From Cyanophora paradoxa CCMP329 (lineage: Eukaryota > Plantae > Glaucophyta): DNA of 64,000 nt. Position 1 is the first letter of the stretch. Each line of letters begins with the position of its first letter. Position numbers and translations under genes: made by a program. The notes below the pieces were generated by a model. It ran no database searches. It worked only from the letters and a program-made list of their open reading frames with translations, and was not told where the DNA came from. The DNA is taken from positions 97,720 to 161,719 of the forward strand of contig QPMI01000141.1 in NCBI GenBank assembly GCA_004431415.1, in the 5' to 3' direction. Below, piece by piece: positions 25,298-38,704 of the stretch.

Positions 25298-26223
25298 ATG
25301 GATGACGGCACGGCCAGCGAGGCCCCGTCGGTTGCCATGAGCGCCTTCGCCGGGACAAGTATAGGACGGCAGCTGAACGCGATCTACGGCGGCAAGCGGA
25401 GCATGAACATAGCGGCGCCGAAGCTGCCCCCGTCTTCCATTAAACCAAGGGAGCCCAGCCCGCCGTCGGCGCCCCAGCGGCCAGCGCACCTCACCGCGGC
25501 CGAGGTCCGCCGCGCCCCCGCCCCCGCGCCCCCGCCGCCGCACTAAGGCGGAGCGCTAACGCTCGCGCAGCAAATCGATTACCCGATCCCGGGTCAGTTC
25601 AGCAGGAGGCCAAACTACCCGTCGTACTGGAGGCCGGGCAAGAAGCCGGCGGCTGCGATCCAGGCCGAGAACCCGCCCGACGCACCGTACGTGCCCGGCG
25701 CGCGGTCCAACAGTGCGTCTCCGCGACCCCCGCGCGCGTGCGCCGCCCCGTGCCGACCGCCGCGGCCCGCAGAGAACTTCAAGGACAGGACGAAGGAGAA
25801 GGAGCGCCTGCAGCGCATCTTCGAGGCGCGCCGCCCGCTCCCCTCGCCGCCACCCGCAGCCGCTCACCGCCTTCCTCCGCGCAGAACAACGGCAAGGACC
25901 CGCACGCGCTGCTGGGGGCCGTGCAGGTGCCGGCGGAGGGCGAGGGCGAGGAGGAGGAGGCGGGGGAGGAAAACGAGTTCGACATGCTGGTGCGGGAGAT
26001 CGACGAGCGCAAGGCCTTCCTCGACGAGATGGAGCAGCTCGGCGCCCGCCCCAAGTACGAGGCCCAGATCCGCGGCGAGATCGCCCAGGTCCCCCTCTCC
26101 TCCCCCGCCCCCCGCCCTCTTCTGGGCCGGAGCTGACGGCGCCGCCCGCAGCGGCTCGCGCGGATGCGGCAGATCGAGCGGCAGCGGGGGGCGCGGCCCG
26201 CCGCCCAGCCGCCCTCCGGATGA
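25298..26223 (+). CDS. UPF0193 / EVG1 (C22orf23)-like protein
   Basis: KEKERLQRIFE and FDMLVREIDERKAFLDEMEQLG...YEAQIRGEIAQRLARMRQI resemble the UPF0193 C-terminal block. Confidence 0.7.
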
Positions 26224-26591
26224 GGGCCCGACCGGTTCCCTCCCTCTATCCCCCGGCCCTGTCGCCCAAACTGCTCTTTTTGCTCACTTCATACATCGAC
26301 ATCGCATATCAATCTTAAATCACTCGCAATCACTGAATTGCCGAAACTGCATCAAATAGTTACACATTCTACCTGATAACTCTTGAAACTCGAATGAACG
26401 TGCGGCGAGGCGGCAGCAGGGTGGGAGCCGCGGGCGGGAAGCTCTGAAGGGGAAGCAGGGTGTTTGGGGCCTCGGAGGCGGGGCGAGCCATCAAAGGGCG
26501 AGGAAGGGCAGGACGGGTCGTCGATGGCGCGGGAGGTGGGGGCAGAACGAAGGACAAGAGGAAAGGGTTCGGGGAGCACGAGATCTCGAGA

Positions 26592-27955
26592 TCAGGGGAG
26601 GACCAGCGGGGAGCGCAGCCGCGCCTGCAACGACCCCCGGGCGTAAGTAAGCGGGGCGAGCAGAGCGTAGCCGAGGAGGGAGGGGGGAGAGCAGGGGGGT
26701 ACACGCCTGGACGAGGAGGAGGGTGGCGCCGGTGACGGCGGGGATGGCGAGGTTGTCGTCGCAGGGGGCCCACAGCTCCGCCGCCGTCGCCGCCAGCGCC
26801 CCCGCGAACGCGTAGTACTCCACCTGAGAGGGGTCAGCTGGGAGGAAGAAGCGAGAAGTAAGAAGGATAGGACGACGATCAAACGCACCAGGTGCATGTG
26901 CCTGAACGTCAGGAGCCTGCGAGGGGCACGCGTTGGTCGGCTGGCTCGGGGGCGGAGGGAGTGGCACCGCACCCCATGGCGAAGCAGACGGCGAAGCAGC
27001 CGAGGGAGCCCTCGAGGCTCTTCCCGTTGGCGATCTTCGTGCGCCCCATCGAGAGGCCCACGAGCGCCGCGCACAGGTCCCCGATCGTGAGGCAGAGCTG
27101 CGCGGGGGCTCGGCGCCGGCCCCGAGGGCGACGGGAAGCGCGGAGAAAGGGGTACCAGGCTGTAGATGCAGCCGATGGGCGGGCAGAAGTAGACGGTTAG
27201 GAAGCACCCGCAGAGGTCTGCGGGGGCCCGGCGGGTCGGCGCGCAGGGGGCAGCGCGATGGCGGGTGCGGCGCGCACAGTACGAAGTGCCAGAGAGGCGC
27301 GTGCGCTCGTGCTGCGGGGCAGGCGGGTCAGATCCGTGCCGAAAGCGAGCGGCGGCGCGGCGCCGACGCGAACCGGCCGCAGCATGCCGCCGAGCACTTC
27401 GATGAACTTTTCATTGAAAGCGGGCACGAGCAGCCTGAAGCACTCCACTGAAAAGACTGTGTACACGCTCAGAGGACCGCGAACGCCTGGAGCGGGGGGG
27501 CAAGCTGACCGACGGCAAAGACGCTGCCAACGGTGATGGCGGCGGCGTGCTGCGTGAGCCAGCCGTTCTTGAGGCCGACGTAGTAGATGAACGGCACGAA
27601 TACGCCCGACACGTGGAAGCTCTGTGCGCGCAGTGAGCGCGGCCGCTCGTCAAACAGTCGGACGCGGGAAGCGGACCTTCCTTCGGGTCTCGCGCAGGAA
27701 CTGGGCGTGCGAAACAGTGAGCATGGGCGGGCAAGTGCGTAGCTAAGGGAGTGGGGCTCAACGCGAAACGTGCAAGGCTGACTGACCTTCGCAACTCGTC
27801 TGATGCTCAACCCTAGCAGCTCTCGCCCGGTGCGCCGGGTCAAGGTGACCGAGCAGCACAACAAGAGAAGTCCCAAAACCAGCAGCCCGGCAAAGAGCCT
27901 GCACTGCGTTGGTCGAGGTGGGGCGAGGGAACCGCAGCGCCACGCACCCTAGCAT
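26592..27955 (-). CDS. CTP-dependent diacylglycerol/polyprenol kinase (DGK1/phytol/dolichol kinase family) membrane protein
   Basis: ETRRKSFHVSG, LRPHERTRLSGTSYY, LTIGDLCAALVG, GKSLEGSLGCF, DDNLAIP. Start codon uncertain. Confidence 0.85.
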
Positions 27956-28189
27956 CACGAGCGGGAAGAGCCGATTGCGCTGGTTTACGTACACAAGCTC
28001 AAGCTCACGCTTCTGGATCCGGACTCCACACGAAACTTGCCGCGTCTCACTTTCCGGGTACAAGTGTAAAGAACAGGGGGGATGTAGCGGAGCCTTCGTA
28101 CGCGTCCCACGCGCGCGCGCGGCGCTGGCTCGGGCCTTGCAATATTAATTGGTCTCGAGCAAGCGGGGCCGGGCGCGGCGGGTTCTTGA

Positions 28190-28578
28190 TTCGACTTGAT
28201 TCAAGGTATGCAGGGAAGCTCAGGTCTTTCCGTCGACTTTTGCTTGTCAGGCGTAGTGCCTCTCCTGCCCTCCGCTATACGTGGGTCTTCCCTAGGGCGG
28301 ACTTCCACGTCTGGAGGGTGTTAGCGTGCTCTGTTTGCCTTCATCGGTCTGCGTAGGGCGCTGGGCTCAGCGGCTTTTTCTGCAGGTGTATCTTTCGGCC
28401 TCTCGCCCCATTTGTAGATATAGGACGTAGATAGAATTTCCCACCACTTAGACAGAGCACAGCACTCGACGGTCCTCAATGTTATCTAGTCGGAGAGATA
28501 AATTGGGCGATGTGAAACTCCTAGTAGTTGTTGTTGTGTGCTAATGCAAATCCTTCTTCTTCGACTTGATTCAAGGTA
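28190..28578. mobile_element. 351-bp insertion flanked by a perfect 19-bp direct repeat (putative truncated retroposon with target-site duplication)
   Basis: TTCGACTTGATTCAAGGTA at 28190-28208 and 28560-28578; lower-GC interior ending in (GTT)n and (TTC)n short repeats. Confidence 0.55.
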
Positions 28579-28672
28579 CACAGAGGCTCGAATTCAAAGA
28601 GGGGCACTCACAAACTAAACCAAATCTAAACTTTTAATATCGAATTCCGCCCGTACGCGTGGATCCTGGCGC

Positions 28673-30865
28673 TCAAGGCTCGGGCTCGGAGTCCGATTCC
28701 TCGGGGTCTTCGGAGGCCTCGAGGGCGCCAGCCGGCCCCTCCGCCGCGAAGCCCGGCGCGAGCCCCGAGGCGGCGAGGCGGGGCCGGCGGCAGGCGGGGC
28801 CCAGGCGGAGGGCGGCGAGGGCCGGGCAGGCCTCCAGGCGGAGGCTCTGCAGGGCGGGGCAGCCGTCGAGCTCCAGGCGGGAGAGGGCGCGGCAGGCGGC
28901 GATGCGGAGGCTTCGGAGGCGCGGGGCGGGGCCCAGGGCGAGGGTCCCGGCGAGGCGGGGGCAGTGGGAGAGGGAGAGTGAGGTGAGGGCGGCGCAGGGG
29001 AGGGCGGAGAGCCAGGGGGCGTCGAGGAAGGGGCAGGAGGCGAGGGCCAGGGACTCCAGGCGCCGGGCGGCGAGGCGGCAGGCCCGCAGCGCCGAGCCGG
29101 CGGCGGAGACCGAGGAGAAGAGGCGGAGGCGGGCCAGGAGCGGCGCCTCGAGCTCGAGGGAGGAGCAGAGGGGCGAGTCGACGCAGAGGGCGGCGGTGCG
29201 GAGGCGCGGGGCGGCGGCGGCGAGGGGCGCCGCGGCGTGGGGCACGGCGGCGTCCACCTCCTCCAGGATGGCCCAGGGCGCCTCGGCCGGCAGCGAGCCG
29301 GCGTGGAGGCGGGCGAGGGGGGGTACGGGCCCGCCCCCGAAGGAGAGGGCGTGGAGGGGCAGCTCGAGGTCGCGGAGGGCCGGGCAGGCCTCCACCCGCC
29401 CCGACGGCAGCCCGATCGCCCTGAAAAGCTCACCCTGCCCCCCTCCCTGTCACGGGGTACGGCAAAGGACCGGGGGCGGGGGCGGGCGCGGGGGCGGGCG
29501 CCTGGGCGGGGGAGAAGCGCGGCCGGACGGCGACGCGGAGGGTGCGGAGGACGGGGCAGGCCGCCACTCGCAGCGCGGGGGGCACGAGCCGGGAGCGCAG
29601 CTCGAGCTCCTCCAGCGCCTGCCGGGCCGCGGATTCAGCTCAGGGGGGTGGGGGGGGGGGGGCGGGGGGGTAGGGCGCACGGCGGCGCCGGAGAGCTCGC
29701 AGCCGCCGGCGTCGGGCTCGGCCTCCGCGTCTGCGTCAAGGACGCGCAGGGCGCGCAGGGGCGCCGCCCGCCCCTCCGCCGCCATGCGGAGCAGCTCGCC
29801 TGCCCCGGGGGTAAGTTGGCTGCGGGGGTACGGGGGAGCACGAAGCGCACCGGGCCCGGCGTCGATCTTGACGGAGAGGCGCGCGAGCTCGCCGCCGTCC
29901 TCGTACCCCTCCAGCTCCTCGGCCCCGACGTGCAGCCGCTCCAGGCGGGGCAGACGATCCAGCAGCAGACGCAGGTCCGCCATCTGGGAGGGGGCGGCGT
30001 CGGGAGGGGACGCGGGGGGAACGCGAAGGGCGTGGCGCGCCTGCAGGACAAGGGCGCTGCTGGGGAGGGGCTCGCCCGCCTCGGACCACTGGATCTGCCG
30101 GGGTACAGCGTTCGAAAGGGCGGGGCGTGTGATCGGGCTGGGGGAAAGGCGCACGCGGCCGTGGCGAAGCGTTAGGGATAGGAGCGGAGGCGGCTTATCG
30201 AGGTCGGGAGGGGGTAGAAGGCCCTCGAGGGCGGCAGTGAGCGACTCGGAGAGGGGCACGTGAAGGGCGGCCTCGAACTCCAGAAGCGAAGGGCAGACCT
30301 CGCCGCGGGCGAGCCCGCAGAAGAGGGCGGGGGGGAGGAAGACGCCGCAAAGGACGAGGCGGCCGAGGCGGAACGGCGCGCCGCCGCCGGGGGCGGCGAG
30401 CGGGGCGCCACAGGAGGCGGAGCGACCGCCCGTCGAGAGCTCGAACCCGAGCAGGCCGCCGGCGCCGCTGATCGCCCACTCCGCAAGCTCCTCCACGTCG
30501 CACGCGGGCGACGCGTCGATCGCGAGCGCGTCCGGCCTTGCGCCCTCGACGAGCGACACGACGTCCAGCTTTTTTGCGTAGACCGCCCGCGGGATCAGCA
30601 GGCGGAGACCCGTTTCGCCGGTGGCCCCCCTGTACTCAAGCAGCGCCCGCACCGCAGCCGCGTACGCAGCTGCTGGGATGCGCTGGTCCGCGCAGCTCAC
30701 GAACGGGGCAATCGCGCCGCCACGGCTCCAGCACCACAGCTCAGCGTGCGCGAATACGATCCGCCTCAGCTCGCGGGAGGAGCTGCCGATGCGCAGCAAG
30801 TCTAAGGGCCCAAGGTGCCGGAGCACCTCGATTACGACGCTGTCGGGCAGGCCGCCGAGGCCCAT
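28673..30865 (-). CDS. F-box / leucine-rich repeat protein
   Basis: MGLGGLPDSVVIEVLRHLGPLDLLRIGSSSRELRRIV; C-terminal cysteine-containing LRRs (LTSLSLSHCPRL, LRSLRIAACRAL, LQSLRLEACPAL). Confidence 0.82.
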
Positions 30866-31071
30866 AGGGCGAAACTGTGATGATCCGAGATTCGCGCTAA
30901 GGGCGTACCGTATAGTACGTACGCGGCCTTCAAAACAATCGAGTACGGGAGTCGGAGTACCGCCGAAACGGGTACGCGCAAAACTTGGCCGGCAAGCTCG
31001 GCCGCGGCGACAGGCCAGCTGAGAGAGAGGCTCCAGCCCGCGCGATAAATTGCAGTGATAGGCTTCCAGCG

Positions 31072-31845
31072 ATGTCGATCGTCAAGTGCGACCACAAGAT
31101 TTTGAGCACCATCTTCGGCAACTTCGAGCCGAAGGCGCTAACCAGCCTTCGGCTGGTCAGTCGGGACTGGTGCGCTTTCCCCCTTTGATTTGCTGGCTCC
31201 CCCGGGCGACGGACGTTGGCGGACGTGATTGGTTTTGTTTTTGGGGGGCGCGGGCATCCCTGCTCCAGAGCGCCACGTCCGCGTGCGCCATGTGCTGGCA
31301 CAGCACGTCGTAGTCGAAAGAATAGCTCCATCACCCTGCCCGCCCCCGTTTCCCCCGCGTGCTTGATTCCCTTCGGCGCGCCCGACGCTGACGCGGCGAC
31401 CCAGGTCGCTTGTCGCCGTCAACGACTATCTCTGGGAGCCCCACGTCCAGAAGGACTTTCCCGCGGCGCATCCTGATGCGGCTGCATCTCGTGGCGCAGC
31501 TTTCCGCGTCTACGTGCGTTCCCGGCCGCCCGCCGGCCTTTCGCCCGATCGCCGCCGCTGATACGCTCTTTCGTTCTCAGGTGAGAGAGTACCTGGTGAG
31601 TGCCCTCGCCGCCTCGCCGGCGGCGCCCGCCGAGGGCCCGCGCCGCCGCGCTGACCCCGCGCCGCGCAGGTGCGCAAGGGGATGCGGCTCCTGGTCTTCT
31701 CCGCCTTCTTCACCAACCGGCTGCACGGCTTCTTCGCCCGCGAGGTGCCCCCGCCCCGCTCCGCCTCGCCCTGCCTAGGCCCGCGGCCGCGGCCTTGCGC
31801 GAAGCTCTGACTCGGCGGCGACCGGCGCAGGCCGAGCTCAACTAG
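31072..31845 (+). CDS. Small F-box protein
   Basis: DHKILSTIFGNFEPKALTSLRLVSRDW|SLVAVNDYLWEPHVQKDF; probable missing G at ~31680. Confidence 0.6.
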
Positions 31846-32671
31846 CGAGCCGCGAGGGAGCGAGCGAGCCGAGCTGGCAAGGGCTTCACCGGCCGGCTTG
31901 GCTTGGCGAGCCTCGAAGCTTCGCTCCGGCGGCCGGTCGCCATGCCCGGCGGCCGCCTGCACATGTGCCCTGCGCGTCGAAACCGAGCCCTACGTCCGGC
32001 AGGCGCCCGCCGCTTTCCTCCCCCTCGATCCCCTGTCGTTTTGCGCATCTTCCTTGAATTTTGCTCCGCTCTTCCCCAAGCTTAAAAGTGTCCAGATAGG
32101 AACCTGTACATGTACCCATACGGTATTCCGAGCCTTCAGTTTAATTTACGCAGCTCTCTGCAGATGTAGATGTAATTGTACCCGAGTCCAGTTCCAATTC
32201 CATTTCCGATCCTGATCACGAATCTAATTTGAAAGCCTTGAAAGCCCTCTGGGTTGGTACCCGCGCCCACCTGGCGCGCGGGGTGTAGGGTTCGCAAAGA
32301 TGCCATTCGATTCAAAAGACAAAGATAGGCTCGTCGATCGATATCGATTCGATTCAAGTGAACTGAATGCAAGCTACAGAGAATTCGAATGAGGTAAAAA
32401 CGCTCCAGGCGGAACGCATACATACGTATACGAGACTGAAGTACGGAAGATCGGATTATATGGGACGACTGCGGATCAAATCACGTCCTGAATCCCAAAT
32501 CTTTGAGTATGAAACCTGCTGATGTGATCGGGCACTGCTACCACTGGCCGGGCGACCGGCGCCCCGCTTCTGCCTATTCAAACACGTAACAGCTATAAAA
32601 ACTGCGAAAGTATGCCTAGAGATACTTGACCGGGATCGGGGGAGAAAAGCAGAGGAGCGGGGCAGGGCCGC

Positions 32672-34523
32672 CTAGAGGGCGGACATGGCGTTGGAGATGG
32701 AGGAGCGGCGCTTGAGGAGGGCCGAGGGGATGGCGGAGGCGGCCTCGGCGGCCTTCTGCACGGCGGCGGGGTCCAGCAGCGACGCGATGCCCGAGCCGCG
32801 CCGCGCCGCGTGCTGCGGGTGGGGGTGGGGGTGGGGGTCCTCGGGGCGGGCGAGGGCGGCTCCTGGTGGGGCGGGGGTGGGCGGGGGGGCCCCCGGGCGG
32901 GCGCCGGGCGCTGAGCAGCCTCGAGACGCGCTCGACCGCCCACAAGGAACCGCCCGCCCCCGCCTCCGAGGCGCGCGAGGAGCCCCCGGCCGCCTCGCGC
33001 CCCCGCCCTGCGCCTGCCACGACGCCGGCAGGGGCACCATCGACGCCCCCAGGGCCGGCACCCGCGCCTCGGCGAGCTGGGGGGAACGAGGCCGGCGCCC
33101 GCAGGGGCGAGGGCGAGGGGGAGCCGGACGAGGAGGGGGAGGGGGGGGTGGGCGCGCCCCGCGCGACCCGGTCGAGGGCGAGGGAGCGGGCGAGGCGGGA
33201 GACGAAGGAGGTCTTGAGGGACGCCGCCGGCCCCGGCCCCGCGCCCCCGGCCGGCGGCGGGGCCAGGGGGTACACGGCGAGGGCGCCCGAGCCGCTCGTG
33301 TCGGAGGCGAGCGCGAGGTACGCGTGCCCGTCGCCCCGCCCGGCGGGCACCTCGAACTCGAGGTCGGGGGCCGCCCCGGGGGGCCCGGCCGGGCCGCCCG
33401 CACCCTCCCCCCCCTCCTCCTCGCCCTCGTCCTCGTCGTCGTCGTCCAGGGGGGCGACGGCCGCCAGGGTGGACGAGCGGAACTCGTGGCTCGCTGTTGG
33501 GGGGAGCGCGGGTCAGCCGGGCGGAGGGGCGCGCTGGAGGAGGGGCGCGCGGGGGGCACTCGCCTGGAGAGGGGTGGGTGCAGGTGCGGGAGCCGAACAA
33601 GCGAACGTCGCCGCTGGGGCGGAGCACGGCCACGCGGCAGCCGCCGGGGGGCACCGCGAACTCGAAGAGGGCGGGGGAGTCCGGGGCGAGGGAGAAGGGG
33701 AGGGGGTCGGCGCCGGCCTCGAGGGGGCGGTGGGGCAGGGGGGTGGCCCGCAGGGCGAAGAGGGCCGGGCGGGGGACGGGGCGGGGCCCTCCTCGGCGCC
33801 CTCCCACTCGGCGAGGGCGATGGGGGGCGGGGGCGGGAGGCTGGGCTCCTGGGGCGAGGAGCCGGCGCGGCGGCGGGCGGGCCCGAGGGGCGGGGACTCG
33901 GAGCCGCCGGGGGAGTTGGGGGAGCGGGGCCGGGGCGGGGCGTGGAAGGAGCTCGAGGCGCCGGGGCGGAGGGCGGGGTGGCGGCGGCGGGGCCGCGGGG
34001 CCGGCGCGTAGACGCCCAGGCGGAGCTCGCCCAGGCGGAAGGCCTCGTCCGAGGGGCGGAGCACGAGCGAGGAGGGCCCCCGCGCGTTCGGCGGGTGCAC
34101 GTGCCGCCACGTCGCCCGGTCCGGCGTCGGCTTCTCCTGCTGGTACGAGATGAAGAGGCGCACGCCGGGGGCGGTGCGCGGCCCCAGCTCGATCTCCAGC
34201 GGCCGCAGGTCGGTAACCGTCACCGAGTAGTAACGCCTGCCGCGCCGCGCGGTCGAATCAGCGGCGCCGGGGGCCGTCCGAGGGGCGGGCGCACGGCTGC
34301 TCGGCCGTGACTTCTTCGACGGCGGTGCTCCCCTCCTCGAGCTCCTGGACCTCATCGAGGGCCTGCGCCGCCTCCGCGAGCGCCGTCACATGCAGCAGCC
34401 GCCGCAGGTCCGTACAGCTGCGCCCCGGCCACGACTCAGGCGCCCCGGCGACCGCGGGGCACGGGAAAGGGAGGGCGCGGACCTAAACGAGGCCCGTGAA
34501 AGGCGGCCCTCGCCCTCGGCCAT
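32672..34523 (-). CDS. Hypothetical protein with beta-sandwich-like segments and Pro/Ala-rich linkers
   Basis: Spliceable exons such as RYYSVTVTDLRPLEIEL...VRLFISY and ALFEFAVPPGGCRVAVL...VRLFGS; no family recognised. Confidence 0.5.
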
Positions 34524-35474
34524 GGCCCCCGCTCGGACTGGTCCGCCCCGCAGCCCGCTCGCGACCTCCGCGCTCCAATTGCCCCCGCAGCCTGGCGGCC
34601 GCTCATGCAGGCAGCGCTCCCGCTGTCCTCGTGCTCCGCTGCGGTTGTCCGGCGGCGAGGAAGCTGGACGCGGCTCCGGATCCTGACCACAGATTGCAGG
34701 CTCGCGCTCGCGCTCGCCGAGTCGCGCCGACAAGTACTCGATCGCTCGGCGACCGCTCAGGCTAGCGCTGATGAGAGATCGAGCTTGCGCACTGCGGCAT
34801 GCAGGCTAATAGCTAAGTAGAACGGTGTAGCCCTTGCCCGGCCGCAGGCTCCCGCAGCGCATGTCGGTCCATTGTCGGACCATTGTCGGTTGGTTGACCG
34901 AAGTGAACGGGGTATGTACATACGGCCCCGTCGTCACGGAGTCATTGCTTGCAGGCATGTGACGTCGACGCCGGCTGGCGCCGATTGATAAACAATGCTA
35001 ATGGGCGGCAAATAGGGATTTAGCATGCGGAGGTTTGAGATCCAGAAAGCGCCAGCTCGAATCTCACCGGGGTGCTTTCCACTACATGCATATGCATCTG
35101 CATATGTGACTCGTGATGATGCAACTCATCGTGATCATGTGAGTGGTCGTTTCGATGCGACGTCATGATCATGATCATGAATCAGTGACGAATCATTGAC
35201 GATCGATATATCGATATCGCACGCACTGCGGCACAGGGAATCGCAAAATTGGAAGCACGCAAATTTACAGAAACAAAACTGTGACAGCTACACTGAGACA
35301 GTACTAGTAGCGCTAGTACGTATACGATACTACTAAGTAGGCAACGAAGAGCCGCGGCGCGCACGTGAATGCACCGTGGCACTGCGGCAGAACCAGGAAT
35401 CCGTACTACAGGTATACGTACCAGGCTACGGTACGTATGCGCGTGGACTCGCCGAGTCGATGCATAAGTTATGA

Positions 35475-38019
35475 TCAAGGGGCCGAGCCCAGGCAGTCGC
35501 TGACGACGAGGCGGACGCCGGCGCCGCCGACGGGGGCGGGGGACCCCGCGGGGGGCGGCAGCGCGAGGTCGGTGTCGGAGAGGCGGAGGGGCGGGGGCCC
35601 CGGGCCGGACGCGGGCTTGGAGGAGGAGGCCATCTGGGCCTCGAGCTCCTCCTCGAGGTCCAGCACGGAGGCGCCGGCGAGCAGGAGCCAGGCGGCCGCC
35701 CCGGCGAGGTAGAGCCCCGCGCAGATCCCGAAGACCACCGACCAGCCCAGCCCCGCGTCCAGGATCAGGCCCGTGAGGGGCACCCTGCGCGCCCCGCCAC
35801 TTAGCCGACGGCGCCCGGGGGCGTTCGGGGCGGGCCGGGCGGCGCACGAGATGATGCCCGCGACCTGGCTCGCCTGCAGGGCCCCGGGGGTTCAACGGTA
35901 AGAGGCGGGGCGAGCGGCCGGCGGCCGGCGGGTCGCACCGTGTTTCCGATGCCGAAAACAACGCCGGCGTGCCGGGGGGCGATGTCCAGGTGGCTGAACC
36001 CCCCGCGCCCGTCAGAAGCGGCCCCGCGGTAGCCGGGCGGGGTCCCACGTGGCGCACTTGACGTTTGCCCCCGCCAGGGTAAGCGCGTTCAGCCCGAGGG
36101 CCGCCGTAATGAAGGCTGCGGGGGTACGACATGAGCGTGCAGCCCAGGCCACGCGAGGGGTACAAGGGCCCCCCGTACCGGCGCCGTCGGCCGCGCTCTG
36201 GGCCACGTACGCAGCGAGGAGCGCGAAGACCGCCGGGCAGACCATGCCGACCACCTGGTCAAGGGGGGTCGGGGGGAGAGGCAGCGGTGGGGGGTACGGG
36301 GGCGGGCCTGGAAGAGGTGGCGGACGAAGAGGGCGTCCCACCCGCGCTGGAGCAGCAGGTCGCCCCCGAAGCCGGCCGCCAGCCCCATGATCGCCTGCGC
36401 CACGTACGGGGCCACTGCGCCGAAAAGCGTCGGGAGGTTGGGGAGGGGGGGGGCGCTAGAGGAGAGGTGGTAAACGGGGGTACCGACGAAGAAGGGCAGG
36501 TCGGCGAGGCGCGTGCCGAACGTGACGAAAAAGTATTCGGGGAGCCTGCGGCGGGGGGTCACGGCGCTGGCAAGGGAAGGGAAAAGGGCGATGGGGGATA
36601 CGGGCACGCACCAGGAGAGCACGATGAAGAAGCCCCAGCTGTTGCAGAAGTTGTTCACTGCGGGACGGGTCGGAGGGCTTGCGAGATTGATTCTGGAGGA
36701 CACACGGCACCTATGATGGCCCAGATTTCGCGGCGGCGGAGGAGGGCCGCCCAGGGGATGCGAGCCGGGGGGCCGGGGGTACCCGGAAGCAGCGCTGACC
36801 TGCCGAGCGGTGCGCGGGTGGGCGGGGCGGGGCGGGGCAGACGCGCGGGTTTCGGCGCACTCGTCGCGGGGGGAGGCGGGTGGGGACACGCCGGCGGGGG
36901 GTAGGGGCGCTGACGGGGGGGACGCGGGCCGGCTGGGCCTCGCGGCAGGGGAGGCGGGGCGCGACGAGGGCCGGCGGGTGGCGATGCGCAGCAGCTCCCG
37001 CCGGGATATGAACCGGTGCTCCTCGGGCCGGTCCGCCGCCAGGAGGAGCCAGGGCGGCAGCCTGTGTGTCGCCGAGGTTAACAGGGGTACACGATCACTC
37101 GAGAGGGGTACGGGGTCGGACCAGACGAGGCCGAGGCCGCCGAAGAGGTAGAAGACGGAGGGCCAGCCCCGCGCGGCGATGAGGGGCGGGCACACCGCCG
37201 ACGCCAGGATCGTCCCCGCGAAGGCGCTGCGCCCCCGGGCCGGGGCGCGTCAGGCAGGGGTACGCACGCGGGGACGAAGTCAGGCGGGGGTGCGGGGGCC
37301 TGGAGGTGACGAGGGCGACGGCGCGGTTGGACTCCTCGGCGTAGACCCAGTCGGAGAGGAGGGCGTGGATGGCGGGGAAGACGACGCCCTCCGCCAGGCC
37401 CACGACGACGCGCACCGCGAAGAACGCCGGCACCCCCGCCGCCCCCGCCGCCTCGTGCAGCAGCGTCGCCACCGAGCACAGCGCCATGCCCCCCGCCAGC
37501 ACCTTCTTGCCCCCAATCCGGTGCGAGAGGTACCCCCCGGCGATCCTGCCGGGCCCGTGAGCGACGAGAGGGGGGGGAGGGGAGGGGGGGTAGCGAGGGC
37601 GCACTGGGTGAGGATGTAGCCGTAGAAGAAGGCGCCGAGGATGGCGCCCGAGGTGGCGGGGGACCACCCGTTCTCCCGCGAGAGCGCCACGATCGCCACC
37701 GACAGGTTCGACCTGCCCCGCCGCCGCCGCCCCCGTCAGGAGCGCGGAAACCTTTGCTCCGTCTATTATCTCTGTCGAGCAGATTCGGGCACCGGTCGCC
37801 GTAGGCGACGAGGACGGCGACGGCGCAGAGGGCGACCATCACCCCCCGCCAGAGCGAGTCGCGCCCCTCCTCCGCCCCCGCCGCCGGCCGCGGCGGCGTC
37901 TCGCACGCGTTGAGCGTCAAGCCCTCGTCGTGAGCGCCGCCGGCCGAGCCGCGGCCGCCCCCTGGGACCTGCAGCGACGCCCCTGCCGGCGCAGGCGGCG
38001 GCGCGCCCGTCTCCGCCAT
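35475..38019 (-). CDS. MFS anion/phosphate transporter (SLC17/PHT4 family)
   Basis: YGDRSNLSVAIV, GAILGAFFYGYILTQIAGG, GLAEGVVFPA, GWPSVFYLFG, WGFFIVLSWLPEYF, NHLDIAPRHAGVVFGIGNT. Confidence 0.93.
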
Positions 38020-38704
38020 CGAACGATGCTTGCTCAAGGTACCGGCCTCGCGGTCACAGCTGTTCTTCGCGCAGGACGCCAGCTGCTGGAGCGCGCTTGT
38101 GTCGCCCTGCAGCTACGCAAGCGCTGCGGCGACGCTGGTGGCGCGCATCTTGCGTATGCTGCTCCGACGAGTCTCGGGCTCGCCGGTGCAACTTCAGAGT
38201 ATGGCAGACTCCGGTTAACGTTGCATCTGCCGCAATTGGAGCTCAAGGCTGCAGCCTGCAGCCTAGCAGGCGGCAACTGGGCCGAAGCCTTTCTCGGCCG
38301 TTGAGGGAAGCTCCTGAGAAGTATAACGAACGTGTTGAACGCACGCCCGGGCAGTCGGATTCCGCGGCCGAATGGCGCGAATTTGATCCGGGGCTCGCGG
38401 CTCGACTGCAAGCGTTGCACAGCTTCGGATCTTTCTAGTTACCTGTTTCGAGCGTGCGCGCTTCGGACTTCAGCGGCGAATCCGCGCCACCCGCAGGGTA
38501 CGCTTGACTTCATTCGCAGCGGCAACTCCGACGTCAATTGCGTAAAAGCGGCCTTCGCGTGAAAGCCCGGCCTGCACAACGCCGCACTCTGTCCACGCCA
38601 TCGCAGCCGATGTACGTACGCCGCGCTCGAGTGCCGCGCGCGCTGATCATTGCCCCCGGCCACAGAGCGCGAGCGACCACCCGCGTCCCGACCGCCCTCG
38701 GTTG

